Origin: Podarcis cretensis
Lineage: Eukaryota
Length of the DNA stretch: 64,000 nucleotides
Direction: 5' to 3'
Assembly (NCBI GenBank): GCA_951804945.1
Contig: OX638165.1
Location: forward strand, 41,168,001-41,232,000
How positions within the stretch are numbered: the first letter of the stretch is position 1; every line of letters starts with the position of its first letter. Below, one piece after another: positions 39,001 through 51,000 of this stretch. Under the pieces are notes generated by a model. It did no database searches. It was not told the origin of the DNA and was given only the letters and a program-made list of their open reading frames with translations. The translations under genes and the position numbers were made by a program.

Positions 39001-42000
39001 TTATATGGGAGGAAGTGCAAGAGAAGATTCTAATTAAGGATTAGCCCGATTGGGGACAAGAAGACTGTCCTATACTTTGGTTTGGATTTTGGATTTGGCC
39101 TCTCCTTTTCTCCTTTGAAGTTATTAAAAGGAGATAATCTGACAACTTACCTATCTGGGTACCCCTTCTCTCAAAAGTCACCCCTCCCTACATACTATAT
39201 TTTTCTTTTTTCTTTTTTTTTACCAATTTAAAATCATTCACTACTACTCTACTCCCTATTTTACTCCCTACTCTACTCCCTACTTTTTTGGAAGTGACAT
39301 ATCATAAATCAAAAATTGAAATTAATTGTTTAAAGTGTATCAGCTGAATTTGGTATACAATAATTGACTATTGGCTAATTTAATGAACAGGGTTTTGTAC
39401 TGTATAGCAGTTTGGTGAAGGATTGGGGAGGGAGGTTGTAGAAGGTAGAAATGGCACACCAACAGAAGAAAGGGATGGAGGGGGTGACACCGACAGAAAG
39501 GAGAGCATCTAAGCAAGAATCAGACTTCAAAGCAGAAATATTGAAAATGTTTGCAGAAATTAAACAAAGTAAAAAGAATCTGGAAACAAAATTAGAGCAA
39601 GTGGATAGAAAAATTGGCGAAATGGACAAAAAAATTGATGAGACGGTCAATGAACTGAAAGGACAAATAAGAGAGGTTTCAAAAAGAACTTTATCATTGG
39701 AAGAAGGGATGAAAAAGGTTAAATTAGAAATGAAAGAGGTGAAACGGGAAGAAAAGAAGATGAAAGTGGAGATGATGGAAATAAGTAAAGCACAGGAAGA
39801 TATTAAAGATGCGATGGCTATGAATGAACTGAGACAGAGGGAGGTGAATCTAAGGCTGAGATCTGTGCCGGAGATACAGAACAAAGATATTAAAGAGAGA
39901 TTGATAATGGAGTTAGCGCAATGGCTGGAGTTACCAGCAGAAGTTGTAAAAACAGTACAAAGTACATTTAAAATGAAAGTAAGATCAAACAAAGCAAGGA
40001 AATTTCCAGGGGACTGTTTAATTACATTTAAAGACAGAGGAATGAGAAATTTGATATTACAGAAAAACAGAGAGAAAAGATTATACATAGATGGAAATTA
40101 CATAATCATTTTTAAAGATATACCAATAAGATTGCTGAAACGAAGAGACCCATACAAGCCATTGGTACAGATTCTTAAGAAAAACAAAATTGATTTTAAG
40201 TGGGAATTCCCTGAGGGAGTCTCGTTTTTCTACAAAAGTAAGAAGCACAGGTTGACAAGCCCAGAAGAAACAGGGAAATTTTTGAGAAAATACAAGGAAC
40301 TAAAAGCAGAAGAGGAAGAAGACAAAGGTGCAGAAGGAGGAGCAGGATCTAAGGAAGAGTCAGAATCGGGGGAGGAAAAAGAAGAGAACGTAAAGAAGTC
40401 GGATGAAGAGGTAGAAGAAGAAGAAGGAGAAAAAAAGGATACGTTATAAGAAAATTAATTTAATTTTATTTAATTGGAATCCATCATGGCGCTAAAATTA
40501 TGGAATTGGAATATTAATGGGATGAATGATAAGAAAAAATGAAATAAAATTGAACAATTTTTGAAAAAGAAAAATTTGGACATTATATGTTTACAAGAAA
40601 CACACGTGGCAAGGAAACAGAAAAATACTGGTTAATAAAAGATTAGGGAATGAATTTGTATCTTTGGACAAAGAAAAAAAAGGGGGGTAGTTCTATATAT
40701 CAAAAATAAAATCGAATCTCAACAAATCCTTAAAGACGAAGAAGGAAGAATTATAGCAGTCCAGATCAAATGGCAAGGTGAAAATTTGATAATTGTCGGG
40801 ATCTATGCACCTAATGGAAACAAGACTGATTTCTACAAAATCTTGGAAGAAAAACTATTTGATTATATGGATCAAAAAATTATAATAATGGGAGACATGA
40901 ACGGAGTGGTTTCATTAGAAATGGACAGACTAAGAAAAGGAACAAATAAGGAAGGGAAACTACCTAAGACTTTTTTTATGATGACTAAGAACTGCGGTTT
41001 GATTGACATTTGGAGACTTAGACACCCATTGGAGAAGCAATTTACTTATTATTCGGAACCAAATCAGTCAATGTCAAGAATACAGTGGTGCCCCGCAAGA
41101 CGAATGCCTCGCTAGACGAAAAACGCGCAAGACGAAAGGGTTTTTCGTTTCTTGAGTTGCTTCGCAAGACGAATTTCCCTATGGGCTTGCTTTGCAAGAC
41201 GAAAACGTCTTGCGGGTTTGCTTCCTTTTTCTTAAAGCCATTAATACCCAGGGAATCCGCGCTCCGCAAGACGAAAAAATCGCAAGACGAAGCAACTTGC
41301 GGAACAAATTAACTTCGTCTTGCGAGGCACCACTGTAGATCAAATATGGGTTTCGAATGAACTAACACCAAGAATCCAACAAATTGAAATACAACCTAAA
41401 GTAATTTCGGATCATAATCCAATAAAAATGGAATTAAAAGGTTTTGAGGAAAGGACTTATAGATGGAGAATCAATGAACACCTATTAGATGATCAGCAAA
41501 CTCTAGAAAAAGCACAAAAGAAACTAACGGAATATTTTGTGGACAATATCAACAAAGGGACAAAGATGAATGTGGTCTGGGACGCAAGCAAAGCAGTTAT
41601 GAGAGGCTTTTTCATTCAGCAGAATTAATTGAGGAATAAAAATAGAGGAAAAGGAAAAAAAGAAATTTTGAAGCAGATTATGGACAATGAACAAAAACTA
41701 ATTAGAAAACCAAATAACCTAAAAATTAAACAAGAAATCAAGACCTTACAAACTCAATTTGCAATGATAATAAACAAAGAAGTGGAATGGAACATAAAAA
41801 GGTTGAGACAGAAAAACTTCGAATTTGCTAACAAATCAGGCAAATGGTTAGCATGGCAAATTAAAAAGAGAAAGGAACGAAACACAATTAATAAAATCAT
41901 TGTAAATGGTGAAGAGATAGTTAATCTGAAAGAAATCAGAAAAGGATTCTTGGACTTTTATAGACAATTATATAAAAATAAAGAAAGGAACAATATAAAG

Positions 42001-45000
42001 AAAATAGAAAGATTTTTAAAAGAAAAAAAGGTGCAGAAGATCCCGACAGAACAAAAAGACCAGCTGAATGCCCCAGTAGAAATGGACGAGATAAAAGAGA
42101 CTATACAACGGTTGGGAGGAATGTTTTTGCCAAAAATCTCAGAAACCTCATCAGGAGGGCTTTAAACTGACTAATGTGGGGGAGGGAGACAGTGCTCCTG
42201 AAGGTAGGAGTCTATCAATTGATGAAGATGATCCTCCAGATGTCATAGACCAAATGGAGCAAACAGCACGCAGACCTAGTGGTGGGAGGAAAAAAACCTT
42301 AGATAAGAGACACGGGGGAATGATTAATGGACTTCAATGCCTGTACACTAATGCGCAAAGCATGGGAAATAAACAAGATGAGCTTGAGCTCTTGGTACAG
42401 CAAACTAAATATGACATAATAGGCATCACTGAAACCTGGTGGGATAAGTCCCACGATTGGAATGTAATAATGGAGGGATACAATTTATTTCAGAGAAACA
42501 GACCAGACAAGAAAGGAGGAGGAGTGGCGTTATATGTCAGGGATGTGTATACCTGTAAAGAGATCCAAGATTTAGAACCTCAAAGCCAAAGTGAGAGCAT
42601 TTGGGTCAAAATTAAGGGAGAGAAGAATAACAGGGACCTCATTGTGGGAGTTTACTATAGATCCCCAAGCCAAACGGAGGACACAGATGATGCCTTCCTG
42701 GAACAGATGGCCAAGCATGCAAAAGGAAGAGAGTAGTAATGGGGGACTTCAATTACCCAGATATTTGCTGGATGTCAAACTCAGCCAAGAGCATAAGGTC
42801 AAACAGATTCCTCACTGGCCTTGCAGACAACTTCGTTGTCCAGAAAGTGGGAGAAGCAACAAGAGGAACAGCCATTTTAGATCTGGTCCTAACCAATGTT
42901 GATGACCTGGTTAGTGGGGTAGAAGTGGAAGGATCATTAGGCGCGAGTGATCATGCTCTTCTGAAGTTTACTATACAGCAGAAAGGAGCAGCCAAGCATA
43001 CTAGGACTCAATTTCTTGACTTTAAGAAAGCCGACTTCATAAAACTTAGGGAAGTGCTGTGTGAGATCCCATGGACAGTAATACTAAAAGGAAAGGGAGT
43101 TCATGATGGCTGGGAGTTTGTTAAGAGGGAGATAGTAAAAGCACAACTTCAGGCAATACCAATGAGACGGAAACATGGAAGGTGCCTAAAGAAGCCAGGG
43201 TGGCTATCTAAAGAACTTTTAACTGAGTTAAGTTTAAAAAAGGATGTGTACAAAAAATGGAAAAGGGGGGAAACCACCAAAGAGGAATTCAAACAAATAG
43301 CCAGCACGTGTAGACACAAAGTCAGAAAAGCTAAAGCACAGAATGAACTCAGGCTTGCTAGAGAGGTTAAAAGCAACAAAAAAGGCTTTTATGGGTATGT
43401 TCGTAGCAAAAGGAAGAACAAAGAAACAGTGGGGTTACTCAGAGGAGAAGATGGTGAAATGCAAACAGGGGACACAGAAAGGGCTGAACTCCTCAATGCC
43501 TTCTTTGCCTCAGTCTTCTCCGATAAAGAAAACAATGCCCGACCTGAAGAATTTGGAGCAAATGATTCAGCAGAGGAAACACAGCCCAGAATAACTAAGG
43601 AGATAGTACAAGAATGCTCGGCTAGTCTAGATGTATTCAAGTCTCCAGGGCCAGATGAACTGCATCCAAGAGTATTAAAAGAACTGGCAGATGTGATCTC
43701 AGAACCACTGGCAGTCATCTTTGAGAATTCCTGGAGAACAGGCAAAGTCCCGGCAGACTGGAGGAGGGCAAATGTTGTCCCTATTTTCAAAAAGGGGAAA
43801 GGAGAGGACCCAAATAATTACCGCCCAGTCAGTCTGACATCAATACCAGGGAAGATTCTGGAACAGATCATTAAGCAAACAGTCTGTGAGCACCTAGAAA
43901 GGAATGCTGTGATCACTAATAGTCAGCATGGATTTCTGAAAAATAAGTCATGTCAGACTAACCTGATCTCGTTTTTTGACAGAATTACAAGCCTGGTAGA
44001 TGAAGGGAACGCAGTGGATGTAGCCTACTTTGATTTCAGCAAGGCATTTGACAAGGTGCCCCATGATATTCTTGTAAAGAAGCTGGTAAAATGCGGACTT
44101 GACTATGCTACCACTCAGTGGATTTGTAACTGGCTGACTGACCGAACCCAAAGGGTGCTCATCAATGGTTCCTCTTCATCCTGGAGAAGAGTGACTAGTG
44201 GGGTGCCACAGGGTTCTGTCTTGGGCCCGGTCTTATTCAACATCTTTATCAACGACTTGGATGATGGACTCAAGGGCATCCTGATCAAATTTGCAGATGA
44301 CACCAAACTGGGAGGGGTGGCTAACACCCCAGAGGACAGGAACACACTTCAAAACGACCTTGACAGATTAGAGAACTGGGCCAAAACAAACAAGATGAAT
44401 TTTAACAGGGAGAAATGTAAAGTATTGCACTTGGGCAAAAAAAATGAGAGGCACAAATACAAGATGGGTGACAACTGGCTTGAGAGCAGTACATGTGAAA
44501 AGGATCTAGGAGTCTTGGTTGACCACAGACTTGACATGAGCCAACAGTGTGACGCGGCAGCTAAAAAAGCCAATGCAATTCTGGGCTGCATCAATAGGAG
44601 TATAGCATCTAGATCAAGGGAAGTAATAGTGCCACTGTATTCTGCTCTGGTCAGACCTCACCTGGAGTACTGTGTCCAGTTCTGGGCACCACAGTTCAAG
44701 AAGGACACTGACAAACTGGAACGTGTCCAGAGGAGGGCAACCAAAATGGTCAAAGGCCTGGAAACGATGCCTTATGAGGAACAGCTAAGGGAGCTGGGCA
44801 TGTTTAGCCTGGAGAAGAGGAGGTTAAGGGGTGATATGATAGCCATGTTCAAATATATAAAAGGATGTCACATAGAGGAGGGAGAAAGGTTGTTTTCTGC
44901 TGCTCCAGAGAAGCAGACACGGAGCAATGGCTCCAAACTACAAGAAAGAAGATTCCACCTAAACATTAGGAAGAACTTCCTGACAGTAAGAGCTGTTCGA

Positions 45001-48000
45001 CAGTGGAATTTGCTGCCAAGGAGTGTGGTGGAGTCTCCTTCTTTGGAGGTCTTTAAGCAGAGGCTTGACAACCATATGTCAGGAGTGCTCTGATGGTGTT
45101 TCCTGCTTGGCAGGGGGTTGGACTCGATGGCCCTTGTGGTCTCTTCCAACTCTATGATTCTATGATTCTATGAAAAGAATTGAAGAGAGGAAAGGCCCCG
45201 GGACCAGATGGATTTACATCAGGTTATTACAAAGAAATGAGAGATGTATTGTCGACACCATTGAAAGAAGTTATGAATAATATTTTAAAAGAAAGAGAGA
45301 TCCCAGATACATGGAAAAAAACATTTATTACCTTGATTCCAAAACAAGATTCGGATTTAACACAAGTCAAAAACTATAGGCCTATTTCATAATTGAATAC
45401 GGATTACAAAATATTTGCAGGGATTTTAGCGAAGAGAATGAAAAAGATATTGTTGAAAATCATCCATAAAGATCAAGCAGGTTTCCTTCCAGGCAGACAA
45501 ATGAAAGATAATATAAGGAATATAATTAATATTTTGGAATATCTGACTGCCAGGAATGAGAAACAAGCGATATTAATGTTTGTGGACGCAGAAAAGGCCT
45601 TCGACAATATAGTATGGGATTTTATGCTGAAAAATTTAGAGTACATGGATGTGGGGAAAGAGTTCTTCAATGGAATTAAGGCAATATACACAGAACAGAG
45701 AGCTGAACTGCTAGTCAATAATGTAATTACAGAGGATATAAAAATATCAAAAGGAACAAGACAGGGTTGTCCGCTCTCGCCATTATTATTTATAACGGTC
45801 CTAGTGGTCTTTTTAAGTGCGATTAGACAAAATAAATCAATTAAAGGGGTAACAGTGGGGCAGAATGAATATAAAGTGAAAGCCTTTGCCGATGATCTGG
45901 TTATAACGATTGAAGAACCACTGGAAAGTGTAAAAGAAGTTTTGGAGGAAATAGAACAATTTGGAAAAATGGCAGGATTTAGATTGAATAAGAAAAAGAC
46001 TAAAATAATTGCTAAAAATATGGAACAAAATAAGATAGAAATAATGCAACAACAGACAGAGATAAAGGTTGTGAAAAAAGTAAAATATTTGGGGATTTGG
46101 TTAACACCCAATAATATTGACCTGTTCCAGAATAATTATGTACCGGTTTGGAAGGAAATAAGGAAAGATCTAGGGGTGTGGGGCAGAATGAAACTGTCCT
46201 TTTGGGGCAGAATTTCCACAATAAAGATGAGTGTGCTTCCAAAGATGTTATTTTTATTTCAGACTATCCCCATTATAAAAGGGATAGGGATCTTTAAAGA
46301 GTGGCAAAAAGTGATTTCAAGGTATATCTGGCAGGGCAAGAAGCCAAGAATAAAATATAAGTTATTAACAGATGCGAAAGAAAGAGGAGGCTTCGCCCTG
46401 CCAGATATGAAACTATATTATGAAGCAGCATGTCTTTGCTGGTTAAAAGAATGGATAAAATTAGACAATAAGGAATTATTAGACCTTGAAGGTTTTGATA
46501 ACAGATTTGGATGACATGCTTACCTATGTTGTGATAAGAAGAAAATTCATAAAGGTTTTGGGAACCACATCTTCAGGAATTCGTTGATAGAGGTATGGGA
46601 CAGGTACAAAAATTTATTGGAACCAAAAGTTCCACACTGGCTATCTCCGTTAGAAGTTATGAGTGTAAAGAAAATTAATATGAGAGGTAATTGGATCACA
46701 TATGGTGAAATGGTGATTAAAGAGGAGGGAAAATGGAAGTTAAAGCCATATGAACAAATTAAAGAACATGTATATGATTGGTTGCATTATTTACAGGTTA
46801 ATGAAATGTTTTAAAAAGACATAAAAGAATGTGGATATGGAGAAAAAGATTCAAAGTTTCAAGTAGATATAATAAATAATGAATGTAATTTTTTTTCAAA
46901 AATGTATAAAATACTGTTGGAATGGAACATGAAAGATGAAGAGGTTAAATCGGCAATGATACAATGGGCCAAAGACTTCGGTTATAATATACAATTTGAC
47001 GATTGGGAAAAATTGTGGAAAGAAAATCTGAAATTTACTGCATGTACTGCGTTGAAGGAAAATGTTATGAAAATGTTTTACAGATGGTATATCACGCCGG
47101 TAAAATTAGCAAAAATGTATAAGACATGTAATAAGTGTTGGAAATGTAAAAAAAAAGAAGGAACATTTTACCATATGTGGTGGGAATGTAAGAAGCTGAA
47201 AGGTTTCTGGGATGCAATTTATAATGAATTGAAAAAGATGTTAAAATTTACTTTTGTGAAGAAACCAGAAGCCTTTCTTTTAGGAATTACAGGAAAAGAA
47301 ATAAGAAGAAAAGACTGTAAACTCTTTCAGTATGCAGTTACAGCGGCAAGGATTTTATTGGCTCAAAAATGGAAACAAGAGGAATTACCGACAATAGAAG
47401 AATGGAGATTGAAATTGACAGACTATGCGGAATTGGACAAATTAACTGGGAAAATCAGATATGCCCAAGACCAAAGGTTCATCGAAGACTGGGGAAAGTT
47501 TGTAGAGTATCTGAAAAATGTATGCGATATACAAACAACGCTAGTGGGGTTTCTAGAGGCGTTGTAAAAACTGAGAGATATTGTTAAAAAAGAAATAGAA
47601 GGGAGAGGGAAGACAAACGGCAATATATGTAAATAGAATGCGTAATTAAGAGATAAACATGGATGATTGCCAGAGAAGCTGAAGGAAGTCCAAAAGAGAT
47701 GTTTTGTTACAATTTGGTTAAAAATGTATAAATGTATTGGAAAATTAATAAAAATCTATTTAAAAATAAAAAGCAATCTTTTGTTGATTAATTGGGGGTT
47801 GCCTTTGCAGTTGATTAAAAAGATTTCTAAATAAATTAGCTGTACCAATTAATTGTTTAATGTTGCACACAAATGCACACTAACTTTCATTGTAATAGTG
47901 TTACATTTATTTCTTGAAACCTGCCAAGTTTCCTTAGACTCTGTAGGGAGCCTTTCTCCAACAATTTCTTCACTGATCTCCAAATCATAACAGTCTGGAA

Positions 48001-51000
48001 GAGTGGTCATTGCATTATCTTCTCTGCCATGCTACACTTTCAAACAGAGCTGGCCTAGCAATTAGGCAGCAGAAGTGCTCCCAGGTGGCACCACCACCAT
48101 TAATGCCAATTTTGGGCAAGATTGTGTCCATTTTGTGTGAGATCTCACACAATTTTGGGTAAGATCTTACAGAGAATTGGTGCAATCATGCCCCAAATTG
48201 GCACCAATGGCAGTACCACTTCTCCGCCAGTGTCAGATGTGGCAGGATGTGTAGTGGCAGCAGAACAGACCGTGGTGGCAGGAGCAGGTGGCTGGGGGCA
48301 GGAGTGGCTGTGCAAAGTAGCACTTTTCACTTTGCTTCAGGCGGTGAAACAGGACATTTTGCCCTTGCTTGCAAGCTGCTTTCTACATTGAAGAAAATCC
48401 TTTGCTGGTCTGCTCATAGAATGTAATAATGAAACACCTTCCAAGACCTTGCTCATCTCTCTTCTTCAGTTCCAGATTTGTTTTTAGTGTTGCTCTCCAC
48501 TTGGTGCCCCCTTTAAAGACAGTTTATAGCAGTGTGTTGCAGGGGAGGGGAGAGGCGCCAAAAGATTTTCACCAATATAGTATTTGTTGCTTTGTGATTT
48601 CATATGGCAGGTGACACAGTTGACCAAGATGCTGGATGCTCTCCTTGAGCAAGAATATGATGACCCTGATGTGCTCGAGTGCTACTTCCTTGAAGCTCTA
48701 TATTCTTCTTTAGGAGCCTGCCTCCTTGAAGCTGGAAGATCAAAATTTGATGACTTTATCAAACGTCTCTCCTCTATGTCAACTGTTAATGATGAGATGA
48801 CTCTAGCTAAACCAGGAGAGTTGCCAGGTAGGATATAATCAGTCTTGTATGACATGGTTTGTTTCTGAAAGGAATTCCTAGGTACTGCAGCTTCACTTGC
48901 CTTCTGCAGTTCAGCACGTATCCCACAATGAAGATTTTCCTGCTCCTGCTCCCAAGCTGCTATTAGCACAACTGAGGGGAAAATACAGGCCACTGTATTT
49001 CTCTTAGCCTGCCTAATAGCAGCCTCTGAGAGATGACTCAGATTTGAGGAATGACATCAATCCACTTGACCCATGAGGGCATAGGTGGCAACTATCCAAG
49101 GCTTACAGATAGTTCTACTCTATGAGCTAAGAGCTCAGCCTTCCAGGGCCCACCAAGAAGCATAGCAGCAAAGCAAGCTTATTAGCATATATCAAAGCAA
49201 GTGCATAGATAAACACATGTAAACTCATCCTTGCAAAACTAGCAATTAGTTTTGGGGTTATACTGACTAGTCTCGCCTTTGGTTCAACACAGGGGTACAC
49301 ATCCTTTACAGTGGCTGAATAGGGCTTTGCTGCAAGCCAAGTGAAAAACTCTGAAACCCATGCCTTTTCTGTTTAGCCCTGTGGCACTGAGGGAGTTTCA
49401 TCTTGGTAATTTTTACCTTCCTTGAACTATGCTACGCAGCATAGAGACAGGACTTGGGGGGCTGCTGAGTAAGGACTTCAGTTCTTTGAAGTAAATAAGA
49501 AATGTTAATAGATTTTTCAGACAATTGTTATGTAAAGTAGAACATATTCTGTTTCTGCTTGATTACTTACTGAAACTGAGTTTCCTTCAATGGAAACTTC
49601 ATGATCTACACTGAGTCACATGGCACTGTCTATGGAGCAAGTAGGAAAAAGAACCTGTCTCAGGATAACCCTATAATAATAATAAAAAGATTTGTTGCAC
49701 TTAGTATGATATCTTCTCCTCAGTGGATTAAGGTTATGTCCTACCCTTGGAACCCCAGGCAGGTGCAGTAGGTTCCCAAGGGAGGAAGTAGAGTCCCTGA
49801 ACCATAAGGACATTCTGCCTGAAACAGGTGCTTTACAACAGTAATATTGAGAGCATAAAATTCATACTAAGGCCAAGGTATACACATACATTATCTGCCA
49901 ATCTTTTGGGCCTAATTCTAGTGCTTTCTGATAATTTGGACAATGTGTTCAGCATGTTGCTTTGCATACTATACTGGATGTCTCATTTGCAACATACCTC
50001 CAGTAATCATGAATGACTAATCTCTGACCATAAGTATGGTCTAAGCTATCATAATTGATTTATCTTCAGGCCAGCTTCCAACTTTATATGACTTTCACTT
50101 TGAGGGACTGATGAAAAAGTGGGTGCCTTGGAGCAAATTGGTCCCTGAATATATCCACTCACCCGAAGTGAAATTTATCGATATTCTGGGTAAGTGTGAC
50201 TAAAGCTTTGCATAATTTAGTGGGAGTAATTAATGTCACAAGTTAATCAATTGCAGCTTGCAAACCTATTTATGCCTTGTCCAGTACATGAGAGGCATCC
50301 TTACATGGCTCATCTTCGTTGATCATCCCTGGGAGGCAGGATCACATGACAACATCTTGTAGCTCTAAGCTGGCTCAGGAGGCTCCACCCCAGTTACTGC
50401 CTTGCCTTGCCCAAGTTCAGAGCAGATTCCTTTACTTAGTGTTTCTACCACCAGTTTCTTCGTATCTGTAGCTTTCTTGCTACCTGTTTTTCCTTAGAGT
50501 CCCTTCTCTAAGGAGAGCCAGTGTGGTGTAGTGGTTAAGAGCGGTAGATTCATAATCTGGGGAACCGGGTTCGCTTCCCCGCTCCTCCACCTGCAGCTGC
50601 TGGGTGACCTTGGGCTAGTCACACTTCTCTGAAGTCTCTCAACCGCACTCACCTCACAGAGTGTTTGTTGTGGGGGAGGAAGGGGAAGGAGAATGTTAGC
50701 CGCTTTGAGACTCCTTCGGGTAGTGATAAAGCGGGATATCAAATCCAAACTTGTCTTTTTCTTCTTCTCACGTTCTGGTGACCCTCCATCATCATCACCA
50801 CCACCATCATCATCCTGTCTTTAGTCTGTCACCTTCAGCCCTTCAATATAAGGAGTGGACATGTCCCATTTCTGGATGTCTTCCTTCCACTGAACAGAAC
50901 AAACATTGGTCACTTACCATGAAAGTTCCTCTGATTCATAGAGTTATCCAGCTTATCCTCTTTAGGTAGCATACTACAAATGGGTACAGCTTGGTCTACC

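Larger units (their letters stand above)
40486..47567 (+). pseudogene. L1 ORF2 (APE endonuclease, RT, CCHC), disrupted
   Basis: [71 protein letters not shown]; in-frame stops (40540, 41626, 45390, 46512, 46812), frameshifts near 40620-40685 and two insertions. Confidence 0.92.
37349..47766 (+). mobile_element. Full-length L1-clade LINE (inactive) with three nested insertions
   Basis: CpG-rich 5' end, ORF1, EN-RT-CCHC ORF2, AATAAA/A-rich tail; TSD TAAAAAGCAAT(A/C)TTTTG at 37332-37348 and 47767-47783 at a TTTT/AAAA endonuclease site. Confidence 0.93.

Noticed and set aside
39375-40088. 237-aa minus-strand ORF (also 45473-46111 and 43389-43790)
   Set aside because: Antisense shadows of A-rich L1/CR1 coding sequence with F/L/S/I-biased composition and no domain motifs.
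39451-40449. Intact ORF1 beside a dead ORF2 as possible domestication
   Set aside because: About 7 lesions in 3.8 kb of ORF2 makes a lesion-free 1 kb plausible by chance; dN/dS across species would be needed.
41094-41324. Repeat/spacer pattern resembling a CRISPR array
   Set aside because: Repeats are 11 bp, irregularly spaced, in both orientations, and inside a TIR/TA-bounded MITE in vertebrate DNA; no cas genes.
41629-42165. Apparent L1-CR1 fusion ORF
   Set aside because: L1 frame reads only ~19 codons into CR1 out of frame and sits downstream of stops.
50786-50813. Poly-His ORF
   Set aside because: (CAT/CAC)n microsatellite next to a SINE tail; not exonic.
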